Of a stretch of 62,155 nt of DNA, positions 9,419 to 19,266 are shown one piece after another. Below the pieces are notes generated by a model. That model made no database searches. It saw only the letters and a list, made by a program, of their open reading frames with translations, and was not told the origin of the DNA. This DNA is from a virus. Its lineage: Duplodnaviria; Caudoviricetes. The stretch's first letter is position 1; every line of letters starts with the position of its first letter. The stretch lies in IMG/VR virus record IMGVR_UViG_3300017448_000004, positions 1-62,155 of that record. One strand, 5' to 3'. A program made the position numbers and the translations under genes.

Positions 9419-11719
9419 TTATTTGGTCGGGAATGCAGTATAATTAGTACCCTTCGCGTCATCGGCGTATCCTACTGGGATACCTTTTACTAATACAGGC
9501 GTCTTCCCTGTTGGAACAGTATTCGTAGGTCCGCCCGCATTTGCACCCGCGAGAGAAGTCTGCGTCATCATTCGCTTGCGTTCATCGGGGGTCATTTCTG
9601 ACCATTCTTTTACAGAAATGCGACCGCCCTTATCTTTGTAATGCTGCATGACATCGGTAATCTCGTTCATTGCACCCATGAACTGTGAATCGTTCATGTT
9701 GAGACCAACCAACTTGTTCATCTTCTCCATGACAGGCACAGAGAAACGTCCACCGACGTGTGCACCAGTCGCAGCAGTCTGCATGAAACTAATTGCGGCG
9801 AGAGCCTTGCCAGCATCTCCCGTAGACATGCCAGCTTTCGCCAGCATCTGTGTGGTTACGCCTGTCAACGGACCGTTCGGTAGAACGCCCGCTTGATGCA
9901 TCTTCTGCAACGTATCTGCGGTCTTCAATACGGCATCCGCAAAGTCAGCACGATTCGATTCCTGCATCGTCGGTGCCATCTTGCTCAATGCACGCCATGG
10001 GATCGGCTGGCCGGTGTGCTGATCAACTAGCATCTCGTCACTGGCGTTATCCAATGTCAACTTAGTATCGCCTACTCTACCATTGTTGAACAACTGCGTC
10101 TGCTCTTGGTCAGTCAATTTATTGCGAGCGAGTGTCTGATTTGTTACGCGATCCGATGCTTTGCCCGCTTCTTCCATAACACGGTTGTATTCCGCATATG
10201 TTGGTTTAGGGCCGAGTTGACGAGTATAACTATCGACCGCTGCGGCAGATAGATTGGGGTTGCGAACGGCAATATCATGTCGCGCACCCGAGACAATCGT
10301 AGACGGGACGGGCTGTGATTCTTGGCCCTTTTCGCCCTGCTTGAGGTCGGCGGCTCGCTTGTTAGTCATGGCCTGTAACCCTTCACGGGTCACGCCCAGT
10401 GATTGGTAATACGCATCAAACGCCACCTTTTTGTCTTTCAGTGACGGGTCGCTACCCATCTTGTCTAAAGCGATGTCCAGAGGATAGTGGGCATATTTGC
10501 CAATCTCAGGAAGAATCTGGCGGATGACGGCTTTGTCTTTAATCGCTTTGCCTAAATCATACTTCGCGTCATTTCCTGATGCGGCGTTATACTCGCTCAT
10601 CTGGTCGTTGGTGCCTGCTGTCGCACTGCCAAGCACATTCTGCTCAGTCGCATATTTTGCGAGAATACTTACAGGAACGGCCTGTCCGTTCGGAACATGC
10701 TGCAATTTGTCCTTGAACGCAGAGTCTTCCCGTAGTTTATCGGTCATCTTGATCATGCCTTTTGGATCATAAATAGTGTAGGTGTACACGTATTTCTGAT
10801 TGCCGTCGGCATCGGTTACGAGTTGCTTCGCGTCAGGGAATACCATATCTCGGGTGACATGCAAAGTATTGTCTTTCAACATGTTTTGCATGTCTTCTTC
10901 AGACACGTTCTGTTTCTTGATTAGATCAATAGGATTGCCGTCTTTATCGACAGCTTCGCCTGAATCTTGCTCGTTCTGCATTCCTTGGATGACATTGCTC
11001 GCGGTGTCCAGCGTGTCGTCCATGACTTCCCCTTGCATTTTCAGGTTGGTCAGGATTGCAGCATGCTGTTTCAGATTGTGATCAGTAATTGCGAATGCAC
11101 GAGCCTTATCTTCATCAGCTTGGGTCTGAGCAGTCGCCTGCGTTCCCGCTTGCGTAAATTTTGATGTTGCTGCTGCGCCTGCTGCTGCTGAGGGTCCGAA
11201 ATCCTGAACACTGCGACTACCACCCGTCTCTGTTCGAGAAGTGGGTGCCGCGTATCCTGCGACCATCGCAGACAATGCACCCGCGAGAATCGAAGCACCG
11301 AGAGTCTTCACACCCGCTTGCTTCATGATTACTTTGCCATTCGCGTCAACTGCCGGGCGTCCCGTAACGGGGTCAATTTGTAGCCGCTGGCTTCCGCCTG
11401 CGAGCATGCCAAGCACATTCTTAAATACTGATTGGTGAATTTCTGCGGGGTCGGTCGGCACATTCGATGCAGGAGCTTTCGCTGCTACGCGTGATGCGTC
11501 CGCTGTCTGATTAGCCGTCGGCGGGGTCGCGGTAGTCGCCATGGCAGAAGATGCTGTCTGCGATTGCTGGACTGTGCTAGGTTTATTGGCCTCAGTGTTA
11601 TTGATCGGAGTATCCTGCGGAGACGGAATCTGATTGTCCGTTACCGTACTAGTAGTCGTCTGCAACGGATTCTGGGCAGCGATGTCACTATTAGATGGTG
11701 TGTTTGCGTTGTCTGCCAT
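9419..11719 (-). CDS. putative DNA ejection / internal virion protein
   Basis: 766 aa, low-complexity N-terminus, Ala/Gln-rich helices, position after tail genes. Confidence 0.6.
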   Translation of the reverse strand: MADNANTPSNSDIAAQNPLQTTTSTVTDNQIPSPQDTPINNTEANKPSTVQQSQTASSAMATTATPPTANQTADASRVAAKAPASNVPTDPAEIHQSVFKNVLGMLAGGSQRLQIDPVTGRPAVDANGKVIMKQAGVKTLGASILAGALSAMVAGYAAPTSRTETGGSRSVQDFGPSAAAGAAATSKFTQAGTQATAQTQADEDKARAFAITDHNLKQHAAILTNLKMQGEVMDDTLDTASNVIQGMQNEQDSGEAVDKDGNPIDLIKKQNVSEEDMQNMLKDNTLHVTRDMVFPDAKQLVTDADGNQKYVYTYTIYDPKGMIKMTDKLREDSAFKDKLQHVPNGQAVPVSILAKYATEQNVLGSATAGTNDQMSEYNAASGNDAKYDLGKAIKDKAVIRQILPEIGKYAHYPLDIALDKMGSDPSLKDKKVAFDAYYQSLGVTREGLQAMTNKRAADLKQGEKGQESQPVPSTIVSGARHDIAVRNPNLSAAAVDSYTRQLGPKPTYAEYNRVMEEAGKASDRVTNQTLARNKLTDQEQTQLFNNGRVGDTKLTLDNASDEMLVDQHTGQPIPWRALSKMAPTMQESNRADFADAVLKTADTLQKMHQAGVLPNGPLTGVTTQMLAKAGMSTGDAGKALAAISFMQTAATGAHVGGRFSVPVMEKMNKLVGLNMNDSQFMGAMNEITDVMQHYKDKGGRISVKEWSEMTPDERKRMMTQTSLAGANAGGPTNTVPTGKTPVLVKGIPVGYADDAKGTNYTAFPTK

Positions 11720-11728
11720 ATTTTCTCC

Positions 11729-12625
11729 TTACCAGCCCGTGTTGCCAGTATCGACTGGAACGCTACTTGGTGCACTACCGCCCGTCGTTCCGCCGCCTCT
11801 TCCATTCCAGAAATTTCCTACGTTTTCAAGAAAACTGGAATCTTTTGAAGTATTTGCCATACCGTTTGAGAACCAATTCCCGCCAGAGTCTCCCGAAGCC
11901 TTCGGAGTTCCCGCACCACCCATTGCCATTGCCATCCCTAATCCCGGTGCGAGCATGTTTACACCCCCCGCCACTACTCCTGTCACCGGCTTGACCCACC
12001 AGTTAGACGCGGCGTCTGCGGCTTGAGCATTTGACATGTTCTTGTCAAGCCCTGTTTGTGCAGCCCTGTCAAACTCTCCCATGTTATTGAATACGCCCGG
12101 AGCGGCTGCAAGTCCACGACCGGCAGTCTGCCAATTCTGATTGCCTTGTGCCCAATTTTCTTGCTGAATTTTGTTAAGTTCGCTTGCCGTCTGGCCTGCG
12201 ACATCTGCCGCGAGCCTTTCACGTGATCCGGCCCCAATACCAGATGCATTCGGTGCGTTCCCGCCGCCTGCGCCCGCCTGTTGCCCACCGAGTCTCGCTT
12301 CTGCGAATCGTGCTTGGTTGGCTCCATTAGTAATCGCGGCGGCATTCATAGCATTCTGTTGGGCCGCACTAAACCCTTGCTGGCTAGGTCCGGCTGCGAG
12401 CAATGCGCTATACGCATTTTTCATAGTGTTGAACACGCCACTATCTGCGCCAAATACTGAGGAGGCTTGAGATAGAAGTGATGCAGTAAATGAACTTTGC
12501 TGGGCTGCTGCGGCCCGCTCGCTTCCATGTGTTCCGCAGGCACCCGAGACTCCCCGGCCTTCAATAAACTTCAAAAATTGTAAATCAGTCATCGTTGAAG
12601 TCTTATACGTGTAGAACATACTCAC
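11729..12625 (-). CDS. putative DNA ejection (pilot) protein
   Basis: Gly/Ala/Gln/Asn-rich; follows a GNAT-like gene as in P22-type morphogenesis clusters. Confidence 0.6.
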   Translation of the reverse strand: MSMFYTYKTSTMTDLQFLKFIEGRGVSGACGTHGSERAAAAQQSSFTASLLSQASSVFGADSGVFNTMKNAYSALLAAGPSQQGFSAAQQNAMNAAAITNGANQARFAEARLGGQQAGAGGGNAPNASGIGAGSRERLAADVAGQTASELNKIQQENWAQGNQNWQTAGRGLAAAPGVFNNMGEFDRAAQTGLDKNMSNAQAADAASNWWVKPVTGVVAGGVNMLAPGLGMAMAMGGAGTPKASGDSGGNWFSNGMANTSKDSSFLENVGNFWNGRGGGTTGGSAPSSVPVDTGNTGW

Positions 12626-12980
12626 CTTTGCTTTCAGAGAACCCTAGCTTGTATACACAGAATTCTGCGAGTGTAGGAGATTCCGTGTGAAAAATAATTT
12701 CTGTGAATCCGTTCGCTTTTGCTTTTCCTACTGCATCTGAAATTGCTCGCGCGGTACTCGCCGCATTTCGTTTCTTATCATTATTATCACACCAAGCCGT
12801 GACAAGCCGTAACGTTTTGGTATATCTCAAAACACCAATGGGTCCGTTCTCATCCTCATAAACTTCAGAATAGGCCCCGTCCATCGTGTAATGCTTCGTT
12901 TCTAAATGCTCGTATTCGTCCTGATCCAACGCCCGCTGTAGCATAGGTAGATCAGCGACTCCTAACGGTCTGTTGATCAT
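12603..12980 (-). CDS. GNAT-like virion assembly protein
   Basis: RPL...DL..L start, GPIGVL, AKANGFTEI.F, KLGF GNAT-like pattern; syntenic position. Confidence 0.5.
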   Translation of the reverse strand: MINRPLGVADLPMLQRALDQDEYEHLETKHYTMDGAYSEVYEDENGPIGVLRYTKTLRLVTAWCDNNDKKRNAASTARAISDAVGKAKANGFTEIIFHTESPTLAEFCVYKLGFSESKGEYVLHV

Positions 12981-12992
12981 GGATTCTCCTGT

Positions 12993-13391
12993 CTAATGCG
13001 TCACTGCGACAAGGTCTGGATCGCCGCCTGTGCGATAAAGATTGCCTGCGACTAGCCCGCCCAAGATAGCCGCTGCATTGTTTGCGAAGACTGGGAGATA
13101 TAGACTCTCAACTGCTGGAAGTCCCGCGTTCACCCATTGAAAGCCATTCCACACGATCACATCGCCCGGTATAAGACTGGCAAAGTTTACATTACCTTCA
13201 TTGAAAATTGGCAATAGCCATTCCAAATCACCATTTGACGGGCGATCTGTAAGTACGGCCCATTCAGTCAGTGGATTCGGAGCGATAGGAATATGTTGTA
13301 GACCAATTACTTCAACAATTACATCCCCTGCTTCTGCGGACAAATCCCCCCGCAGAGGAAATTCGGCTGAAGGATAACTTTCCCTATTCAT
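12993..13391 (-). CDS. tail-associated protein
   Basis: [12 protein letters not shown] and FANNAAA..GGL..G.LYR motifs typical of fibre/tail proteins; ATGA-coupled start. Confidence 0.55.
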   Translation of the reverse strand: MNRESYPSAEFPLRGDLSAEAGDVIVEVIGLQHIPIAPNPLTEWAVLTDRPSNGDLEWLLPIFNEGNVNFASLIPGDVIVWNGFQWVNAGLPAVESLYLPVFANNAAAILGGLVAGNLYRTGGDPDLVAVTH

Positions 13392-13489
13392 TTCACACCC
13401 CATCGAGCATATGCTCGTCGTCCGTGTCCTTTACCTACATAGTAGGGAGTACCGTCTTCCCGCAACCACAGATAAGTATAAAAAATCAT
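13388..13489 (-). pseudogene. truncated GIY-YIG-like endonuclease N-terminus (33 aa)
   Basis: [21 protein letters not shown], nearly identical at DNA level to the start of 47171..47614. Confidence 0.75.
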
Positions 13490-13490
13490 G

Positions 13491-14240
13491 CTAGACACTT
13501 GCGCCTTCAAGGGGCAAAAATTGGACGGTCACTGTAACGGGCGCTCCCGATAACGAATTGGTCCCAACTACCGTCACGTAGATAGTCGCCGTTTGGGGGT
13601 TATCACCGTTCGTAAACATTCTACTTTGCCAAGTCCAAGAAAAGGGTGAAGTATCAAAGATCACACACGTGATTACGTTTTGGGAAATCTCTGGCGGTAT
13701 TGGATTCCCTGAAGGACGCGATGCGTCAAATGCCTGCGCAGTCTGCGTCCCATATAATCGAACTTCACAAGGCCCGTTAGAAAACATGTTGATAAGTTGC
13801 CCCGACTGCGCCATCTGGGTAGAAGTCTGTACTACCGTTCCTAACGACAGAACTCCCGTCGTAATTGGTGCAGTCTGAGTAAGTAGGATATTATCAACAA
13901 AACTCCCGCCTGACCCACCCGAACCACTACCACTTGAACCTGAACCACTATTTGAACCGCCCGAAGTAGATGTAGAGACTGCCGTTCCCCCCGTAGTCTT
14001 GGCAGTCGTCAGTCCCCTAGGTTGCGGACGAGGGAGAATCCTGATCTTTGTACTAGTAGACATGTTATCAAATTGCCTGAGCGTGTCTGGATCGCTGTTG
14101 AATGCGGGCAAAATAAATCGCAAATTGGTAGACGGTCCTTGAGCTTGCGGCACTGTAGACTGTACGGGTGGTGCCGCAATAATGGGAGTATGGGAGGAGA
14201 GATTCTTGCTACTAGCAATCGTTTCTGAAAGTGATGGCAT
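13491..14240 (-). CDS. putative virion structural protein
   Basis: Ser/Gly linker plus beta-rich C-terminal domain; strong SD. Confidence 0.55.
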   Translation of the reverse strand: MPSLSETIASSKNLSSHTPIIAAPPVQSTVPQAQGPSTNLRFILPAFNSDPDTLRQFDNMSTSTKIRILPRPQPRGLTTAKTTGGTAVSTSTSGGSNSGSGSSGSGSGGSGGSFVDNILLTQTAPITTGVLSLGTVVQTSTQMAQSGQLINMFSNGPCEVRLYGTQTAQAFDASRPSGNPIPPEISQNVITCVIFDTSPFSWTWQSRMFTNGDNPQTATIYVTVVGTNSLSGAPVTVTVQFLPLEGASV

Positions 14241-14270
14241 GAAACTCTCCTTTCCTACTATTTATCAATC

Positions 14271-17200
14271 TTAGCCCTCTTGCACGTAGAAGCCGTACAG
14301 AGTGAAAGTTTGCAATTCATTGATCACATCCTCTGCGGGCCACTGTACCATTACCTGACAGTCTGTGATCGCCGCTGATTCTTCTGGCATGTCTGACAAA
14401 TAGAACCGTTGCGAATACCATGTACGGCTAGGCTTCAATTCGGGTGGATCGTTTACCCAATGCTTTAATATCTCAAATGACCCTTTATAATAAGGGAGTG
14501 CATCATCAAGAAGTAATCCCAGAACTGCGGGAGACCCTGTAAGGACAGACTTCAGTGTGACAAACTGGAGATTTGCTATCTGACCCGGTTGCACGAGTAC
14601 ATACGAACCAAAGACAGCAAAAGCGGGATAAGGCGTCCCGACGACTCCTGTTCCGGGTGTCAATGACAGAGTAGGAAAAGTAATCGTCTCGGTCGTAGTC
14701 AGAGTGACAAACCCTGCGGTTGTCGCCAGTGCACGGCCATTAAGATTTCCACCACCAAGAGTGATACCCGAATATGCCATGATCGTTCCGACCATGTTGG
14801 ATTGGATACCGTTCCAAATAGAAGTAAATGCAGAACCGCATACCCAATAGACGTTGCCCGCTTGCGCACCGTTTGCGAGTATTACGGATGCTCCGCTTTC
14901 GAGAGTGATCGTAGACCCTGCGACGAATACAAAGATTGCCCCCGTGTTTCCTTGAGCATCGAGAGTTATACTCGTAGGAATGTCGAGACTACTTCCACCT
15001 TTATAAACGCCCGCAGTGTAAGTATGGTTGTTGGCACCATTACCCGAAGTGCTCAGATCGCTTAGACCGCTTAGCGTAGCTGGCAAACCGCTGTAATAAA
15101 TAATAGCTGCGGTAAGATCAGTTTGGGCTTGGAGGGCTATGGCGTCGGCATAATTAAACACGCCGGGGGGCGTCAGGGTACTGGGTGGAAAATTCGTGAC
15201 ACTAGATGCATTGTTCGGATAGATGCCGATGTTCCCGCCCGAGATTACAGAACCTGCTCCTGCACTGCCTGTAATGGCCGAACCTGCTAGAATATCAAAC
15301 CCAAAAGCAGTCCCCAAATGGTTTGCTGGAGGAGTCGCAGGAGTGGACACTAACGTCCCACCATCTGTCGAGGATGTAGTGTCTCTGTACAGAATGTAGT
15401 GAGGCGCACCATTGTTCGGAGCACCAAGCAACAGGTGATGAACGCCGGGGGAAGTCTCGACTGCCTTAATAGCTCTGACGCCACCTTGAGCAGCGATAGT
15501 CGCGAACGGACTCCATGATTGACCTAGGTCAGGAGCCGGATTGTTGATGAATCTATACCAGCCGTTCATACCATCCGCCACAAACCAACCCACATCTTGG
15601 CCGCTGGTATAGCTGGCGACATAGACGTTAGCTGGAAACCAATTCTGGCCGGGTTGCCTATTTCGTAGAGTAAATTGATCCGCGATAGGGACGCTTTCGA
15701 TTACCCCGCCCGCTGATGGGCTGAAGGTAAGGAATTGGCTATCAGTAGTAAAAAATCCGATAGTAGGACCATTCCAGTCCAGAGCGTTGTAGCTGCTGAT
15801 TCCCACGCCCGCTGCGTACACGTACGACGGTTCTAGGTTACCTTGTCCATCATCCGGTATCATATAAATATCTGACACCGTGAGAACCATAAGACCTAAT
15901 GCCGTTGGCACGAGTCTCTTTACAAGCGAAGGCATCTTATCAAAGTTGTCCGGGGAAAAGCCGTTAATCCCATTGCCAATTGGGGCAAGAGGGCCATTCG
16001 TCCAGAACACCGTGTTGCCGATGCTGTAAAAAATACGGTTGAGATGATAGGTGAGATTCACTGCACCGGGTAGCGGTGGAGTGTTCTCAAATATGGCAGC
16101 GGTCGCTTGTGTGTCCAAGCCTAGGTCCGGTGTCATATCCACAAATCCATTCTGCAAATACTGTACGAGTGGAACAGTGTAAATAGTATTGCCAAACCCC
16201 GGAATAAGCAATTCGGTCGTAAGCCCATCCGCCGTTCGGAAGATCGCAACATAATCAGCTTGTGGGTCAATTGACGCAGTAGCTAACCCTGCACCGGGGG
16301 CAAACGTAACTTGTCCATTTACGATTGGTCCTGTCGCCGCACTCAACGGTCCAATATTGGAGACCGTGTTGTCAAGGGTGTTTACAAGAGCAATTGCATA
16401 TATAAATCCCTGCGTACTGGTCGCCGTGATCGTACCCGCAATTATCGTACGAATTACGACATTCCCTTCATTGATCCACTTGAGCGTCCCGTTATCCGTG
16501 GTAATACTATTCAATCCGGCCTTGTTCCAAGTAGGGGGAGTCGTTCCTGTTACTCCTGTTTCGATAGCTCCTTCTTGAAAACCGTTGGAATCTACGATGT
16601 TCGTTCCGGGTAACGTGTAGTTTACGTTTGGGTACCGCGCAAAATCCGAGACAGGGCCGATGTTTACCCACGTATACGCCGCACCGTCATGAACGATGTC
16701 AGCAGTACCAAATATGATTTCTTGCGCGGCGGCATTGTATGTCGCTCCAGCAAGCGTAAAAGCGGGCCAAGCGGGGGCAGACGTTCCGCTAATTGAAGGT
16801 AGGGTAGCGATGGTCAAACCATTCGCCTGAAAAAGCATTTCACCGGGGTCGCCGTTTCCGTTATTATCCCAGTTTACATAGTCTATTTCTACCTGATACA
16901 CTCCGGGCACGGTGAATGTCCAAGTCGCGGTATCCGTAACAATGGAGAGGGGTGGAGCATTTCGGGTGTTCGTGCCGCAAAGATTCTGGCCTGTTCCTAC
17001 TTGTGTAGGCCCAGAACCGAACCCCATTTTGACAGTTATAGTATGTACGGGTGAATGTGAATCCGTAAAACCGCTTCCTTGATTCAGGGAAGCGTTGTTA
17101 TTAGTTACATCATCGAATGAGAAAAATGCTCCTCCGCTTTGATGTACAAGGTTAAAAGTATACGATCCTGCGACGGGAATATATATACCGGCTACAATGG

Positions 17201-19244
17201 CCCACCCACCGTCATTGTGTCCAAAACTAAAATCACTACCTATGACGCGGTTACCCGCCCCGTCAAGGGTATAAACCAACATAGGGGCAGTTCCGCCAGC
17301 CGTTGGCCAATTTTGCGTCCGCCAAAACAAAGAGGGTACGGTATTCGTAGATACTGGAGCGGGAGCGGGAAAGGTTTCGTTAAAATACCCCGTAGTCCCA
17401 TCACCATGGGTATTTTCGTAATCATACGCAGTGATCGTTCCAGACAAATTTGGATTAGGTGTCGGAAAGTTGTTATTACTGCCGGTAGCCAACTGGAAGA
17501 AACTCAATACACCACCCGCAAGGGCAGCAATAAAATCTCCCGCAAAATAGTGCGTACTCGCATGCCAAGTAGTCTGGAATGGGGTCTGGATCAACGTCCA
17601 AACCGCCGCACCATCCTGTACAGTAGTAGTCGGATTTACAGAAGGGAATCCTCCTAATGCGGCCACACCATTCTCTGTAGTTGCGGATTGCGAGGAAAAC
17701 GAAGTCACTGTACTTGTAATGGTCGTGACTGCGCCTACTGTCGTTGAAGTAGCGATAGTAATCGTTTGTCCGTTTAGGGCGGTGGCAGTAGTAAGGAATC
17801 CTAGCGTCAACACTTCACTCGGTGTGAATGCAACTGAAGGATTAGTCGTTTTCAGGGTTACAACTCCTCCAACAGAAACTGCAACACTGTTGACGTTTAC
17901 TTTCACTTGCGGAACATATGGACCCGTATAAGCATTCAGCGGGTTAGGTGTACCTGTCAACCCCGGAGTCGAAATCTGCCATAGATATCCATTGACATCC
18001 TGAAAGATGCTGGCAATAGAATAATACGTGTTTGCTGCCCAACCTACTTCGCTCCCCGTTGCTACAAGACTCGGTACGAGTGACGGGGGTAAAATACCCC
18101 AATTTTCCGTAGGGTCTCCACGATTGATCCAGATAGCGTTACCGTCTACAGTAATACTGCCTTCGAAATTGTTCGCAGCAGAGGGTGCGGTCGTACCCCA
18201 AACAGGTACGGTTGATCCCGTTGTGACACCGGGATTTGACGCGGAACCGGCAATAATGGTTACATCCGGGGGAGTGAGTGTATCTGCGACACCACTAAGT
18301 ACGCCATTCTCGATTTGCAGTATTCCATTAAGTCCCGTGACAGTGACATTTGGGTGTACGTATGCTGCGGTAAGAGTTGTACTCCCGCCGCCAGTAGACA
18401 CGTATTGTGCATTCAACTTGATCGTCGCACCTTCTAAGAAGGACGCGGCTCCCATCCTCCACGTCATAAACATCGTGCCCTTAGCTTGATTGAACGTTCC
18501 GGGCGTTGTAGACGTAAACGGTGCTCCATTAATGCTAGTGCCGAGAGGGCTAGCAATCGTGACAGTAAGAACGTTGTTGGTTACTTGGATTCCAGTAATG
18601 ACTGCGAGTTGTGCACCGATCAACTGCTGAATTTGATATTGAACCGGACTTGTAGAAGGCACCGGAACAACTATGTACGTATTCATGAACGGGTATGCAG
18701 CATTGTTGATGAGAGTACTATTATTGCTCGCCTGTCGAACGAATAGAGATTGATTCCATTTCTTCTGGTCGATCCCGTTTCCAAAATACAACTGTGATCC
18801 GACTTCCTGCATGAACGATTGACCCGCCTTAGGGGTCTTTGTCCATACGAGGGTATCAAAACCATTAGTATTAGCATGCAAGGCTGTGACTGTATCTACC
18901 ATCGTGTCAATTTGTTCGATCTGGGTTCCCCAAGCATCAGACAACGCCTTGCTATATCGAAATTCGTCGAACGAAAGAATATCCGTGTACTGGTTTACTG
19001 CGTCATAAATCGGATTGCCCGGACGACGAGCGAGCGTCAAACGGGTTGTGACTTCGACGTTGGACCCAGCGATCATCGCATCGCCAGATGGCCCGTAATA
19101 TTTCTCTTGAATACGGCTAGTATTAGCGTCACGCAATGGAGAACGATTCGTCCAAAGACCGCTAAAAATTCGGCCCACGTATAAAGGGGTGGACTTAGTA
19201 GGCTTTTCAGGTTGCGCCCCGTTGATCGCCAAGGAATTTGGAAT
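14271..19244 (-). CDS. large tail stabilisation/nozzle-like protein with inserted PA14-like, carbohydrate-binding-like and DUF3494 ice-binding domains
   Basis: beta-propeller-like segments (YHLNRIFYS.GN.VFW), W-containing repeats, DUF3494 signature ITLDAQGN.GAIFVFVAGSTIT...AQAGNVYW; start TTG 19232 or ATT 19244. Confidence 0.7.
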   Translation of the reverse strand: MPNSLAINGAQPEKPTKSTPLYVGRIFSGLWTNRSPLRDANTSRIQEKYYGPSGDAMIAGSNVEVTTRLTLARRPGNPIYDAVNQYTDILSFDEFRYSKALSDAWGTQIEQIDTMVDTVTALHANTNGFDTLVWTKTPKAGQSFMQEVGSQLYFGNGIDQKKWNQSLFVRQASNNSTLINNAAYPFMNTYIVVPVPSTSPVQYQIQQLIGAQLAVITGIQVTNNVLTVTIASPLGTSINGAPFTSTTPGTFNQAKGTMFMTWRMGAASFLEGATIKLNAQYVSTGGGSTTLTAAYVHPNVTVTGLNGILQIENGVLSGVADTLTPPDVTIIAGSASNPGVTTGSTVPVWGTTAPSAANNFEGSITVDGNAIWINRGDPTENWGILPPSLVPSLVATGSEVGWAANTYYSIASIFQDVNGYLWQISTPGLTGTPNPLNAYTGPYVPQVKVNVNSVAVSVGGVVTLKTTNPSVAFTPSEVLTLGFLTTATALNGQTITIATSTTVGAVTTITSTVTSFSSQSATTENGVAALGGFPSVNPTTTVQDGAAVWTLIQTPFQTTWHASTHYFAGDFIAALAGGVLSFFQLATGSNNNFPTPNPNLSGTITAYDYENTHGDGTTGYFNETFPAPAPVSTNTVPSLFWRTQNWPTAGGTAPMLVYTLDGAGNRVIGSDFSFGHNDGGWAIVAGIYIPVAGSYTFNLVHQSGGAFFSFDDVTNNNASLNQGSGFTDSHSPVHTITVKMGFGSGPTQVGTGQNLCGTNTRNAPPLSIVTDTATWTFTVPGVYQVEIDYVNWDNNGNGDPGEMLFQANGLTIATLPSISGTSAPAWPAFTLAGATYNAAAQEIIFGTADIVHDGAAYTWVNIGPVSDFARYPNVNYTLPGTNIVDSNGFQEGAIETGVTGTTPPTWNKAGLNSITTDNGTLKWINEGNVVIRTIIAGTITATSTQGFIYAIALVNTLDNTVSNIGPLSAATGPIVNGQVTFAPGAGLATASIDPQADYVAIFRTADGLTTELLIPGFGNTIYTVPLVQYLQNGFVDMTPDLGLDTQATAAIFENTPPLPGAVNLTYHLNRIFYSIGNTVFWTNGPLAPIGNGINGFSPDNFDKMPSLVKRLVPTALGLMVLTVSDIYMIPDDGQGNLEPSYVYAAGVGISSYNALDWNGPTIGFFTTDSQFLTFSPSAGGVIESVPIADQFTLRNRQPGQNWFPANVYVASYTSGQDVGWFVADGMNGWYRFINNPAPDLGQSWSPFATIAAQGGVRAIKAVETSPGVHHLLLGAPNNGAPHYILYRDTTSSTDGGTLVSTPATPPANHLGTAFGFDILAGSAITGSAGAGSVISGGNIGIYPNNASSVTNFPPSTLTPPGVFNYADAIALQAQTDLTAAIIYYSGLPATLSGLSDLSTSGNGANNHTYTAGVYKGGSSLDIPTSITLDAQGNTGAIFVFVAGSTITLESGASVILANGAQAGNVYWVCGSAFTSIWNGIQSNMVGTIMAYSGITLGGGNLNGRALATTAGFVTLTTTETITFPTLSLTPGTGVVGTPYPAFAVFGSYVLVQPGQIANLQFVTLKSVLTGSPAVLGLLLDDALPYYKGSFEILKHWVNDPPELKPSRTWYSQRFYLSDMPEESAAITDCQVMVQWPAEDVINELQTFTLYGFYVQEG

Positions 19245-19266
19245 ATGGTTACCCTACTTTCGTCCT

